Shown one piece after another: positions 28,061-37,029 of a DNA stretch of 64,000 nucleotides. The DNA comes from Candidatus Kapaibacterium sp. Lineage in GTDB: Bacteria; Bacteroidota; Ignavibacteria; Palsa-1295. Within the stretch, counting starts at the first letter, position 1, and each line of letters begins with the position of its first letter. The DNA is taken from NCBI GenBank assembly GCA_038210275.1, contig JBBQWV010000011.1, positions 6,393-70,392 of the forward strand. Direction: 5' to 3'. A model generated the notes under the pieces. The model was not told where the DNA came from, ran no database searches, and was given only the letters and a program-made list of their open reading frames with translations. A program made the translations under genes and the position numbers.

Positions 28061-29860
28061 ATGCCGAAATTTAAGATCAATCCAGAACTACTTTATAACG
28101 CCAAGCGCGATGGATTCAGCGATAAACAGATCGCTGAGATATTTCATGTCTCAGAGGACGATGTCCGTACTGAACGCAAGCGTTTAGGTTTCATACCTGT
28201 CTTCAAGACGGTTGATACCTGCGCCGCAGAATTTGCTGCGGAGACACCATATCATTATTCGACTTATGAAGAAGAGAATGAATCGGTAAGAACTCCGACA
28301 AAGAAAGTTGTCATTTTAGGTGGCGGTCCGAATCGCATCGGGCAGGGAATTGAATTCGATTATTGCTGCGTCCATGCCGCACAGGCTCTTGCAGAAGAGG
28401 GCTTCGAGACGATCATGATCAATTGTAATCCCGAAACCGTCTCGACCGATTATGATACATGCACAAAACTTTACTTTGAGCCTCTGACATTTGAAGATGT
28501 GATGAATATCTTAGATCACGAAAAACCCGATGGAGTGATCGTCACCTTCGGAGGACAGACTCCATTGAAACTTGCAAAACAGCTTGAAGCAGCCGGTGTT
28601 CCGATTTTAGGTACTGCACCCGATAACATTGATGTTGCTGAAGATCGTAAACGCTTCGGAGAGTTGATTGATAAACTCGGAATAAAATGCCCGCCCTATG
28701 GCACCGCAACGACGGTTGATGAAGCAGTTGCTGTTGCTGATAGAATCGGTTATCCTGTTCTTGTGCGCCCTTCGTATGTTCTTGGAGGCAGAGCAATGGA
28801 AATTTGCTACCGCCCGGAAGCTGTTTCCGAATATATGGAAAGCGCAAAAGGCGTAAGCCACGAACGACCAGTCTTGATAGATAGATTTTTAGAAGATGCG
28901 TACGAATTTGATGTCGATGCGGTGCGTGATAAAGATGGAATAGTTATCATTGGCGGCGTGATGCAACACATTGAAGAAGCGGGAATTCACTCCGGCGATT
29001 CTTCCAGCGTTATTCCTCCTTATGATACGAGCGATGAAGTCTATGCACTCATCATTGATTATACGCGTATGCTTGCAAATGCACTGAACGTGATAGGGCT
29101 GATCAATATTCAATTTGCAGTGAAAGAGAGCACCGTATATGTTCTCGAAGTTAATCCTCGCGCAAGCCGCACCGTACCATTCGTTTCGAAAGCAACGGGC
29201 AGACCTCTTGCGAAGATCGCAGCAAAAGTAATGACCGGAAGAAAACTGAAAGATCTCGGCATTCAGGATTTCGATAAGAATACAAAGTATGTTGCCATCA
29301 AAGAATCAGTTTTCCCATTCGATAAATTTCCTCGCGTGAAAATGTTCTTAGGACCTGAGATGCGCTCGACCGGTGAAGTCATGGGCTCAGGTGAAGACTT
29401 CGGAGAAGCAATATTGAAATCGCATCTTGCTGCAGGAATTAAAATTCCGACAGAGGGTACGATCTTTATTTCATTGCGCGATCAAGATAAAAAGCCTCGT
29501 ACTGCAGAAGTAATCAGAGGATTTCATCATCTCGGTTTCAACATCATTGCAACAAGCGGCACAACGAAATATTTAGCAGAGCACGATATTCCCGCTGAAA
29601 GCGTCAACAAAGTCTCGGAAGGCAGACCAAATATCATTGACGCAATCAAGAACGGTGAGGTTCAGCTTGTGATCAATACACCAAGTGGCGAAATTTCGCG
29701 TATCGCGGAATATGAGATCGGCTGGTCGGCGCTTGCCTTCAAAGTACCGTTCATTACAACGATCTCAGCAGCCGGAAGTATTGTCAGCGCCGTGCAATCA
29801 CTTCGCAAAGGTGAGCGGATCGTGCGAAGCATTCAGCAACTGCATACGGAAATCGTATAG
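28061..29860 (+). CDS. carB: Carbamoyl-phosphate synthase large subunit, C-terminal half only
   Basis: 599 aa. It starts inside the oligomerisation domain (VFKTVDTCAAEFAAETPYHYSTYEEE), then has the second ATP-grasp domain (ILGGGPNRIGQGIEFDYCCVH) and the MGS-like allosteric domain. The N-terminal half is not adjacent. Confidence 0.9.
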   Translation: MPKFKINPELLYNAKRDGFSDKQIAEIFHVSEDDVRTERKRLGFIPVFKTVDTCAAEFAAETPYHYSTYEEENESVRTPTKKVVILGGGPNRIGQGIEFDYCCVHAAQALAEEGFETIMINCNPETVSTDYDTCTKLYFEPLTFEDVMNILDHEKPDGVIVTFGGQTPLKLAKQLEAAGVPILGTAPDNIDVAEDRKRFGELIDKLGIKCPPYGTATTVDEAVAVADRIGYPVLVRPSYVLGGRAMEICYRPEAVSEYMESAKGVSHERPVLIDRFLEDAYEFDVDAVRDKDGIVIIGGVMQHIEEAGIHSGDSSSVIPPYDTSDEVYALIIDYTRMLANALNVIGLINIQFAVKESTVYVLEVNPRASRTVPFVSKATGRPLAKIAAKVMTGRKLKDLGIQDFDKNTKYVAIKESVFPFDKFPRVKMFLGPEMRSTGEVMGSGEDFGEAILKSHLAAGIKIPTEGTIFISLRDQDKKPRTAEVIRGFHHLGFNIIATSGTTKYLAEHDIPAESVNKVSEGRPNIIDAIKNGEVQLVINTPSGEISRIAEYEIGWSALAFKVPFITTISAAGSIVSAVQSLRKGERIVRSIQQLHTEIV

Positions 29861-29865
29861 GAGAT

Positions 29866-30912
29866 ATGGCTCCTTTCCGTTTATCCGATTTCGATTACAA
29901 CTTACCTGATGAGTTAATCGCTCGTTATCCTCCCGCTCATCGAGAGGATTCCAGATTGCTTATTGTGAAACGGAATACTTCAAATGTTGAAGATAAAAAA
30001 TTTACTGATCTCTTAGAGTATCTTCAACCCGGTGATCTTCTCGTCCTCAACGAAACACGTGTTATCCCTGCTCGTCTTGCCGGAATCCGCGAGACGACCG
30101 GAGCCCAGATCGAAATATTCCTGCTTCATAAACAAGCCGATAGAAATGATACTTGGAATGTCCTCGCCGCACCTGCGAAGAAAGTAAAGTGTGGAGAATG
30201 GATTTCGATCAATGATGATCTTCGTTGTGAAGTCTTGGAGGAATTAGCCGATGGGGAGCGCATTGCCCGATTTGATTCGAAGTTGAACAGTATTGAAGAC
30301 GCGATCGAAGAAGCTGGGGCGATGCCGATTCCACCATATTTGAAACGAGATGCTGAAGCAATTGATAGAGAACGTTATCAAACCGTTTTTGCAAAAGTGA
30401 ATGGAGCAGTTGCCGCACCAACTGCAAGTTTACATTTTACTGAAGAACTTTTAAAAAAGATCGAAGCAAAAGGAATTCAAATTGCAAAGGTTCTTCTTCA
30501 TGTTGGTTTAGGGACGTTTCGCCCTGTTGAAGTTGAAGATATTCGTGAGCATAAGATGCACTCCGAGTATTTTGAAGTAAGTGAAGAGGCAGCGAAAACA
30601 ATTAATCAAACCAAACGGAATGAAGGGAGAGTCATTGCCGTCGGAACAACAGCTGCACGAACATTAGAAAGCTCAGCAAATGAATCGCGAGAAGTTATTG
30701 CTCAAAAAGGCGAGACTTCCATCTTTATTTATCCACCCTATACATTCAAAATAGTTGATGGGCTTATCACAAATTTCCATCAACCGAAATCTACACTGTT
30801 AATGATGATAAGTGCCTTTGCCGGCTATGAAAATATTATGAAGGGATATAGGCATGGGGTAGACGAGAAATATCGATTCCTGAGTTATGGGGATGCGATG
30901 CTGATTCTTTGA
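29866..30912 (+). CDS. queA: S-adenosylmethionine:tRNA ribosyltransferase-isomerase
   Basis: 348 aa with an FDY..P..LIA N-terminus and conserved QueA blocks (AAPTASLHFT, VGTTAARTLES, NFHQPKSTLLMM). Confidence 0.95.
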   Translation: MAPFRLSDFDYNLPDELIARYPPAHREDSRLLIVKRNTSNVEDKKFTDLLEYLQPGDLLVLNETRVIPARLAGIRETTGAQIEIFLLHKQADRNDTWNVLAAPAKKVKCGEWISINDDLRCEVLEELADGERIARFDSKLNSIEDAIEEAGAMPIPPYLKRDAEAIDRERYQTVFAKVNGAVAAPTASLHFTEELLKKIEAKGIQIAKVLLHVGLGTFRPVEVEDIREHKMHSEYFEVSEEAAKTINQTKRNEGRVIAVGTTAARTLESSANESREVIAQKGETSIFIYPPYTFKIVDGLITNFHQPKSTLLMMISAFAGYENIMKGYRHGVDEKYRFLSYGDAMLIL

Positions 30913-30977
30913 GCCCGGATTAACAGGGTTATTTTTTTTGGCTTTTTAATATTTCCTCCAAATCTTTGATTGCGAAA

Positions 30978-31006
30978 AAGCTAAAGCTCGCCTCACGATG
31001 ACACCT
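30978..31006. repeat. Family C right-end fragment (C6)
   Basis: AAGCTAAAGCTCGCCTCACGATGACACC resembles the C5 right end GGCTAAAGCCCGGCTCGCAATGACACT. Degenerate. Confidence 0.4.
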
Positions 31007-31008
31007 TG

Positions 31009-31054
31009 AAAAATCCTTCAAATCCTTTTAAAATCCTAATAATCCAGGTTCAGG
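31009..31054 (+). repeat. Family E phased ATCC-word array, copy E3
   Basis: AAAATCCTTCAAATCCTTTTAAAATCCTAATAATCCAGGTTCAGGG. Four ATCC words start at 31013, 31022, 31033 and 31042. The end overlaps the holA stop codon. Confidence 0.55.
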
Positions 31055-32096
31055 GAGTTATCTCAATAATAAACTTCTCCACAAGCATTGAATCATCTAT
31101 CCTAATTCTTCTCGTATCGAATTCAGAACTAACCATAGCTCTTAATGCGCTGTCAAGTTTTGCTTGTGAATATCTTTTTGAAGCTGAGATATAATCTTTA
31201 ACGTAGTAAGCTCCTCCGCCAAAGAGTCCCATTGCCTGAGCAATAGATTGTTCACCTTCACCTCGTGAACTCATATCTTTTGCGATCGAAAGTTGCTCTA
31301 AATATTTACTTAAGAATGCAAACATCGGATACCGTGCGCTCTTATCGGCTTCGAGCATTCGCAGTGCGATCTCAACTGCTTGACCTTTATTGCCAGAGCC
31401 GATCGCTTTCTGAAGTTCGAAAATATTGTAGGTTGGTGAGACTCCGACTGCAGCTTCAACATCGGAGGCTTTAATGACACTACTTTCGCCAACGTAGGAA
31501 AGTAATTTTTCAAGTTCACTTGCAAGGGTGCGAAGATCAGTGCCGAGATGCGCGACTAATGAATTTGCTGCCTTTGTTTCAAGTGTTCTTCCGGCTTTTG
31601 TTGCACGTTCAGTGATCCATTCTATTGCTGCCGGTTCTTTTAATATTGGAAATTCCAGTGGTGTTGTTTTAGCAAAGAGCGCTTTCCATGGGTAATGTGC
31701 TTTGTTGCCGGGCTTTTCGAGATCGAAGATCAGCAGCGTATTACGGTTAGGATCTTCGAGGTAATTATAAAGCACATCAAAGCGGCTTTCATCTTTTGGT
31801 CCGGCTTTTTCTCCTTTTCGCGCACTTAAAACTTTTTCAGCTTCGCGGCAGATCACCACCCGCATTTCTGCCATCACCGGATAATTCTTCGCGCAGTTGA
31901 TCACATCGTTGATCTTATGATCGTTACCTGAGAGTTGATCGTAATTAAATGAGCGAAGCGAAGCATCGGGAATAAATGTATCAATAGCACGCCCAAGCAT
32001 TTCGGCACGAAGATATTCTTCTTCGCCGTAGAAAAGGTATATGGAGTCGGGCTTTCCCGCTCGCCAGGCTTTTTCGATCTGCTGGAAGGTTGTCAC
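31050..32096 (-). CDS. holA: DNA polymerase III delta subunit
   Basis: 348 aa. N-terminal IYLFYGEEEYL and overall HolA-like helical architecture. Starts 1 nt after the upstream gene. Confidence 0.85.
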   Translation of the reverse strand: MTTFQQIEKAWRAGKPDSIYLFYGEEEYLRAEMLGRAIDTFIPDASLRSFNYDQLSGNDHKINDVINCAKNYPVMAEMRVVICREAEKVLSARKGEKAGPKDESRFDVLYNYLEDPNRNTLLIFDLEKPGNKAHYPWKALFAKTTPLEFPILKEPAAIEWITERATKAGRTLETKAANSLVAHLGTDLRTLASELEKLLSYVGESSVIKASDVEAAVGVSPTYNIFELQKAIGSGNKGQAVEIALRMLEADKSARYPMFAFLSKYLEQLSIAKDMSSRGEGEQSIAQAMGLFGGGAYYVKDYISASKRYSQAKLDSALRAMVSSEFDTRRIRIDDSMLVEKFIIEITP

Positions 32097-32097
32097 G

Positions 32098-32913
32098 TTA
32101 CTTTATTTTTACTTCAAATAACTTCGGCCAAAGCTTGCCGGTAATAAATATGCGATCTTGCTTTTCGTCGTAAGCTATGCCATTGAGCACGTCAACTCGT
32201 TCGGTACGTTCTTGCGGAGAAAGAAGATCAGAGAAGTTGATCCACCCTTTTACTTTTCCGGTTTCCGGATCAATGCGAACAACACGATCTCTTTGCCAGA
32301 TATTGGCATAGATCTCGCCTTTGATATATTCCAACTCATTCAGATTTTCAACGAGAAAATTTTCATCAGTTACTTCAATGGTTCTGACAATTGCAAGCGA
32401 TGTCGGGTCGAGGAAGTTGATCTTGTTCGAGCCATTCGACATGATAAGTTCTTTTCCGTTATTGGTCAAGCCCCATCCTTCGCCTTCATATTGCCATGAG
32501 CCAAGTTTTTGGAAAGTCTTGAGGTCATAGATAAAGCCGATATGAGTTTGGTACGTGATCTGATAGATCTTATTTCCGAGGATAGTCATGCCTTCGGCGA
32601 AATATTCTTTATCAATATCGATCTTCTGAAGAACTTTGCCTGAAGTTAACTCTACTCTTCGGAGTGATGAACGCCCATTTAGTCCTGTGCTCTCATAAAG
32701 CTCGCCATTGAAATATTGCAAGCCTTGAGTAAATGCATCGGGATCGTGAGACCAAGTATTAACTACTTCGTATGTATAAACCGGAGCCGGAGCAGTGGTG
32801 CTTTGTGGAGAAATCGGCTTTGGCGGCTCAGCTTCTTTCTTACAGCTTTGGCTGATGAATAGAAGCGATAGCAATAAAGGCAGGAGCAGATACTTTTTCA
32901 TCCTCAAATACAT
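32098..32913 (-). CDS. Glutaminyl-peptide cyclotransferase (beta-propeller, type I)
   Basis: 271 aa with a lipoprotein-like N-terminus (FISQSC). Conserved block HDPDAFTQGLQYFNGELYESTGLNGRSSLRRVELTSGKV. Confidence 0.85.
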   Translation of the reverse strand: MYLRMKKYLLLPLLLSLLFISQSCKKEAEPPKPISPQSTTAPAPVYTYEVVNTWSHDPDAFTQGLQYFNGELYESTGLNGRSSLRRVELTSGKVLQKIDIDKEYFAEGMTILGNKIYQITYQTHIGFIYDLKTFQKLGSWQYEGEGWGLTNNGKELIMSNGSNKINFLDPTSLAIVRTIEVTDENFLVENLNELEYIKGEIYANIWQRDRVVRIDPETGKVKGWINFSDLLSPQERTERVDVLNGIAYDEKQDRIFITGKLWPKLFEVKIK

Positions 32914-33208
32914 TATAAATTGATGGTTTTACGAAAATCCTTTAGGCAAGGTGTAACAAAATCACGGCAAGCAAGTTCTTATATACGTAACGCACTCGCA
33001 CCATAAAAAGTAGAATGCTTTACGAGCGCCTGCAAAAGCAATGCTTAGAGAGAGTGACCTTCTGCAGGCACGATTGTAAATGGAATGCCTGACACCAGTA
33101 GCAACCCCCACGCTACGACTGTCAGGCATTTCCGTATGCCCGAACGAAGGCACTTACTATTACTTTTTTTTGTAATAATTAAAGTAAGAGTATAAGTCAA
33201 TATCGAAT

Positions 33209-33415
33209 ATGATTTTCAAAGCTATCATTCATGACGCTGAAGAAGGCGGCTACTGGGCAGAGGTTCCGGTATTACCTGGCTGTATTACTGAAGGAGAAAC
33301 TCTCGAAGAAGTAAAAAATAACTTGAAGGAAGCCATTAGCGGCATCCTTGATTATACCATTGATCAGAGCGCATTAGAAATAGAACACGCACAAGTCGTT
33401 GAGATAGAGATATGA
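33209..33415 (+). CDS. hicB: HicB-family antitoxin
   Basis: 68 aa. MIFKAIIHDAEEGGYWAEVPVLPGCITEGETLEE is the UPF0150/HicB N-domain pattern. Overlaps hicA by 4 nt. Confidence 0.8.
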   Translation: MIFKAIIHDAEEGGYWAEVPVLPGCITEGETLEEVKNNLKEAISGILDYTIDQSALEIEHAQVVEIEI

Positions 33416-33615
33416 AATCTATTTCCGGAAAGTATTTGTGTAAAGTATTAGAGTCCTACGGCTGGCAATTGATTAGAATCAGCGGAAGCCATTATATCTA
33501 TACTAAAAGCGATCATCCTACACTTTCTATCCCTGTGCATGGAAATAAAGACCTTAAAATCGGTACGTTGAAAGGATTGATGAAGGCAGCAGGTCTTCAA
33601 GAAACTGATCTTTAG
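33412..33615 (+). CDS. hicA: HicA-family toxin (mRNA interferase)
   Basis: 67 aa. LESYGWQLIRISGSHYIY...IPVHGNKDLKIGTLKGLMK matches the YcfA/HicA pattern, including the catalytic His. Confidence 0.85.
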   Translation: MKSISGKYLCKVLESYGWQLIRISGSHYIYTKSDHPTLSIPVHGNKDLKIGTLKGLMKAAGLQETDL

Positions 33616-33664
33616 ACAATTCGTATAACTCCTTCGATTTAATGATTAACCAAACGACACTTAT

Positions 33665-34360
33665 ATGATTACGATTCGCAGATCTGATGAACGTGGGCAT
33701 ATCCAGCAGGGATGGCTCAATACCTACCATACTTTTTCCTTCGCAGATTATTTTGACGACCAGTGGATGCATTTCCGCTCATTACGTGTAATGAATGAAG
33801 ACCGCATTGCCGCAAGCCAGGGTTTCGGAATGCATCCTCATCGTGATATGGAGATCATTACGTATGTGCTTTCCGGTGCCGTCCAGCATGAGGACAGCAT
33901 GGGAAATTCAGGCATGATTCGTCCTGGTGATGTTCAGCGCATGAGTGCTGGAACAGGCATCTATCATAGCGAGATCAATCCGCTGCCTGAAGAATTATAT
34001 CTTTATCAGATATGGATCATGCCGAAGCAGAAAAACGTCACACCGACTTACGAGCAAAAGCGATTTGAAGATGCTGAGAAGAGTAATGTTCTTAGGCTTG
34101 TTGCAAGTCCTGACGGAGCCGATGGATCGGTAACAATAGGGCAGGATGCTAAGCTTTATGCGTCATTGCTTGATAAGAGCAAGAGCGTATCGCATGAAAT
34201 AGCAAGCGGACGCGCAGCATGGGTACAATGCGTTTCCGGTACGCTGTCGGTTAATGGTATTGAGCTGAAAGCCGGTGATGCTGCAGCTGTTACAGATGAA
34301 AAGAATCTTGTTATTGAAGCAAAGGATCTTTCACACGTCCTGCTTTTTGATCTGAACTAA
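33665..34360 (+). CDS. Pirin-family protein
   Basis: 231 aa bicupin with the metal-site motif GFGMHPHRDMEIITYVLSG...H.D. Confidence 0.9.
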   Translation: MITIRRSDERGHIQQGWLNTYHTFSFADYFDDQWMHFRSLRVMNEDRIAASQGFGMHPHRDMEIITYVLSGAVQHEDSMGNSGMIRPGDVQRMSAGTGIYHSEINPLPEELYLYQIWIMPKQKNVTPTYEQKRFEDAEKSNVLRLVASPDGADGSVTIGQDAKLYASLLDKSKSVSHEIASGRAAWVQCVSGTLSVNGIELKAGDAAAVTDEKNLVIEAKDLSHVLLFDLN

Positions 34361-34422
34361 CAGCTTCCGTCCAATTCACGGGAACGTGCCGAACATCCTG
34401 AAAGTTGTACGGCTTCCTGTAT

Positions 34423-34507
34423 GCCGATGTGGCGGAATGGTAGACGCAACGGACTTAAAATCCGTTGTTCTGTAAAGGACGTGCCGGTTCAAGTCCGGCC
34501 ATCGGTA
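34423..34507 (+). tRNA. tRNA-Leu (anticodon UAA)
   Basis: Folds manually into a cloverleaf. Acceptor GCCGATG/CATCGGT; anticodon stem ACGGA/TCCGT with loop CTTAAAA; long variable arm (class II); T arm GCCGG-TTCAAGT-CCGGC; discriminator A. CCA is not encoded. Confidence 0.9.
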
Positions 34508-34513
34508 CGTAGC

Positions 34514-34589
34514 AAGTCAAAAGTCAAAACTTTAAAGTCAAAATCACCAATGGCGGAGTATAGATTTTGACTTTTAAATTTTGACTTAT
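34514..34589. repeat. Family B hairpin element (B3)
   Basis: The exact 30-mer left arm, a 19 nt loop, and an imperfect complementary arm ATTTTGACTTTTAAATTTTGACTTAT. Lies between the tRNA-Leu and der. Confidence 0.8.
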
Positions 34590-34596
34590 TTATTTT

Positions 34597-35910
34597 ATGC
34601 CCTTACCTCTCGTTGCTATTGTCGGACGCCCTAATGTCGGCAAATCCACTCTTTTTAATCGCCTTGTGGGCGAGCGTCGGGCTATAACCGAATCTATTTC
34701 CGGTGTTACCCGCGACCGCATCTATGCCAAAGCCGATTGGGCTGGGCGTGATTTCCTTGTTGTCGATACCGGTGGTATAGTCCCAGATTCCGATGATCTT
34801 TTTGAACGGCAGATCAGGCGACAAGCGGAGATCGCAATTTCCGAAGCAGACGTTATTCTCTTTGTTGTTGATGTAACAAGCGGTATTCATCCGCTCGATC
34901 AGGAAGTCGGCGAGATGCTCCGAAGGTCCGGAAAAAAAGTACTCCTTATTGCAAATAAAGTTGATAATCACGAGCGCGATGAAACGATGCGCACGGAGTT
35001 CTATGCTCTGGGCTTAGGCGAACCACTTGCAGCAAGCGCGATAAGCGGCAGAGGCGTTGGTGACTTCCTGGATGAACTCAACAAAGCATTGCCTGAAGAC
35101 TCAGGCGGCGATGCCGAAGGCGTAATGAAACTTGCCATCATCGGCAAACCAAACGTCGGCAAATCAAGCTACGTCAATGCTCTGCTTGGCGAAGAGCGCA
35201 CGATAGTCACACCAGTTGCCGGAACGACGCGAGACTCCATCCATACCGATTATACCTATTACGGCAAGCAGATCACTCTCATTGATACCGCAGGTATTCG
35301 CAGAAAGAAATATATTAATGATGCGCTTGAACTCTATTCAATCGTTCGTACGATGAAGGCAATCGAAGAGTGTGACGTTGCGCTTATTCTCGTGGATGCG
35401 AAGGAAGGTGTGAATAATCAAGATGCGAAGATCATCAATGATGTGATCGATGCACGCAAAGGTGTGGTGCTTGTTGTCAATAAATGGGATACAATTGAGA
35501 AGGAAACGAATACGGCAGTGAAGTTTGAGAATGAAGTGCGTGATATGTTGCGCACGATCGATCATATTCCCATCATCTTTATCAGCGCACTGACGCATCA
35601 GCGTCATACCAAGCCATTAGAGATCGCATTACAAGTCTATGAGGAGCGCAAGAAACGCATCGAAACGCGTGACTTGAATGAGTTCTTACTTCCTGAGATC
35701 GAGCGCGTTCCGCCGCCATCAGTGCAGGGAAAGGATCTGCGTATCAATTATATAACTCAGGTAAATACCGAGCCACCTGTCTTCGCATTCTTCTCCAACC
35801 ATCCGGCGCTCATACCCGAAGCATATAAACGCTATCTGGAAAATAGACTCCGAGAAAAATACGGCTTCAAAGGAGTACCTGTGTCGTTTATTTTTAGAGC
35901 GAAAAACTAA
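34597..35910 (+). CDS. der: Ribosome-associated GTPase Der (EngA)
   Basis: 437 aa with two tandem GTPase domains (GRPNVGKST and GKPNVGKSS) and a KH-like C-terminal domain. Confidence 0.95.
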   Translation: MPLPLVAIVGRPNVGKSTLFNRLVGERRAITESISGVTRDRIYAKADWAGRDFLVVDTGGIVPDSDDLFERQIRRQAEIAISEADVILFVVDVTSGIHPLDQEVGEMLRRSGKKVLLIANKVDNHERDETMRTEFYALGLGEPLAASAISGRGVGDFLDELNKALPEDSGGDAEGVMKLAIIGKPNVGKSSYVNALLGEERTIVTPVAGTTRDSIHTDYTYYGKQITLIDTAGIRRKKYINDALELYSIVRTMKAIEECDVALILVDAKEGVNNQDAKIINDVIDARKGVVLVVNKWDTIEKETNTAVKFENEVRDMLRTIDHIPIIFISALTHQRHTKPLEIALQVYEERKKRIETRDLNEFLLPEIERVPPPSVQGKDLRINYITQVNTEPPVFAFFSNHPALIPEAYKRYLENRLREKYGFKGVPVSFIFRAKN

Positions 35911-35964
35911 GGGGGTGCTAAATTTTGAGTTTTCAGTTAAAAATTCAAAACTCAAAATTTCCCC
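35911..35964. repeat. Family A hairpin element (A1)
   Basis: GGGGG...AAATTTTGAGTTTT-loop-AAAACTCAAAATTT-CCCC, between the convergent der and 35969 genes. Probably a bidirectional terminator. Confidence 0.7.
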
Positions 35965-35968
35965 GACG

Positions 35969-36970
35969 CTACTTGATCTCCAAAGCTTTCGTGATCTTCA
36001 CTGCCGCACCCCCATGCCCGACATCTTCGATCACGCAGCGGAGGTAGTACTTGCCTACAGGGAGTTTAAGCTTGCCTTTATCGGTGCCGTCGAAGGGAAT
36101 TTCGTACGAGCCTTCGTTCTTAAATGCTGCACCTAAGAACGTGACCTTCTGCATTCCAAGCTCATCAAAAAGCGCAAGCGTTACTTTCGAGGATGACACA
36201 AGCTGAATCTTGAAATTCCACGGACCACCTTTCTTCTTCGGCTTTATGATAGTCATGTCTGTCTTCGGAAGTTTACCCACATCTTCAGGTTTGATGCCTT
36301 TACCACTTACCGGGATCACCGCCGAATCCTTCAGCGTCTTGATGATGAGACGTGTCTTATACTCGCGTATCTTTTCGGGTTTGAAGCAGACGCTGATCGT
36401 CAGCGGCGAATGCGGCTGGATCTTCATCGGAAACATCTGATGCGATGGCGAGGGGATCGTAAAAGTCTCATCGTCTTGCGCAGATAGCCCCGTGGCTTTA
36501 GCTCGCGAACCCGCTTTACCCCCGCGCAGACTACTGCCTGCGGCTACCGCATCAGAAGTAGTATAAAGTGCGGTCATCGTCTGTACGTCGTTGGTCAGAT
36601 TCGTGATCGTTACATACATACAGCTCTGCACACCGATACCCTGCGACCCGAAAAGCAGCTCCGACATATTAAAAGCAAATGGTGGTGGAACAGGCTTCGC
36701 ATCCGAAGCAACAAACTTTGGCTGCTGAGGTGTAGCGATAGATAAAGTGTTATTGTTCGGCATAGCAGAATTCGGCGGAATAGATAATGTTACATTCGGA
36801 AGCGTGAGATGTACTTTACCACTCGTATCTAAATTCTTGAAGGTATGCGAAATCGAACCGGGTTTTAGAAGAGGCGCATCACCCTGCGGACGTGGCTGAG
36901 CCCCCGCAATATCTGCTGTTAGAAATGATACAACAACCAATAGGATAACTGAGGAGATGAATGATTTCAT
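35969..36970 (-). CDS. Secreted Ig-like (ASH/DUF1573-like) protein with a FlgD-Ig/T9SS-CTD-like C-terminus
   Basis: 333 aa. Signal peptide ending AGAQ/P. The mid-region F.IPSPSHQMFPMKIQPHSPLTISVCFKPEKIREYKTRLII has a PapD/ASH-like pattern. The C-terminus is VTLALFDELGMQKV...GKYYLRCV. Confidence 0.55.
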   Translation of the reverse strand: MKSFISSVILLVVVSFLTADIAGAQPRPQGDAPLLKPGSISHTFKNLDTSGKVHLTLPNVTLSIPPNSAMPNNNTLSIATPQQPKFVASDAKPVPPPFAFNMSELLFGSQGIGVQSCMYVTITNLTNDVQTMTALYTTSDAVAAGSSLRGGKAGSRAKATGLSAQDDETFTIPSPSHQMFPMKIQPHSPLTISVCFKPEKIREYKTRLIIKTLKDSAVIPVSGKGIKPEDVGKLPKTDMTIIKPKKKGGPWNFKIQLVSSSKVTLALFDELGMQKVTFLGAAFKNEGSYEIPFDGTDKGKLKLPVGKYYLRCVIEDVGHGGAAVKITKALEIK

Positions 36971-37029
36971 GCTTGTTCTTGATTATTTTAAGTATAGATG
37001 TAAACAGTAATACGAGGGTTTTTGTCACA

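Noticed and set aside
28061-29860. carB as a 5'-truncated pseudogene.
   Set aside because: The ORF is intact for 599 aa. It begins with an ATG near a domain boundary and is tightly followed by queA. A split functional gene is at least as likely, so I kept it as a CDS and flagged it as a finding.
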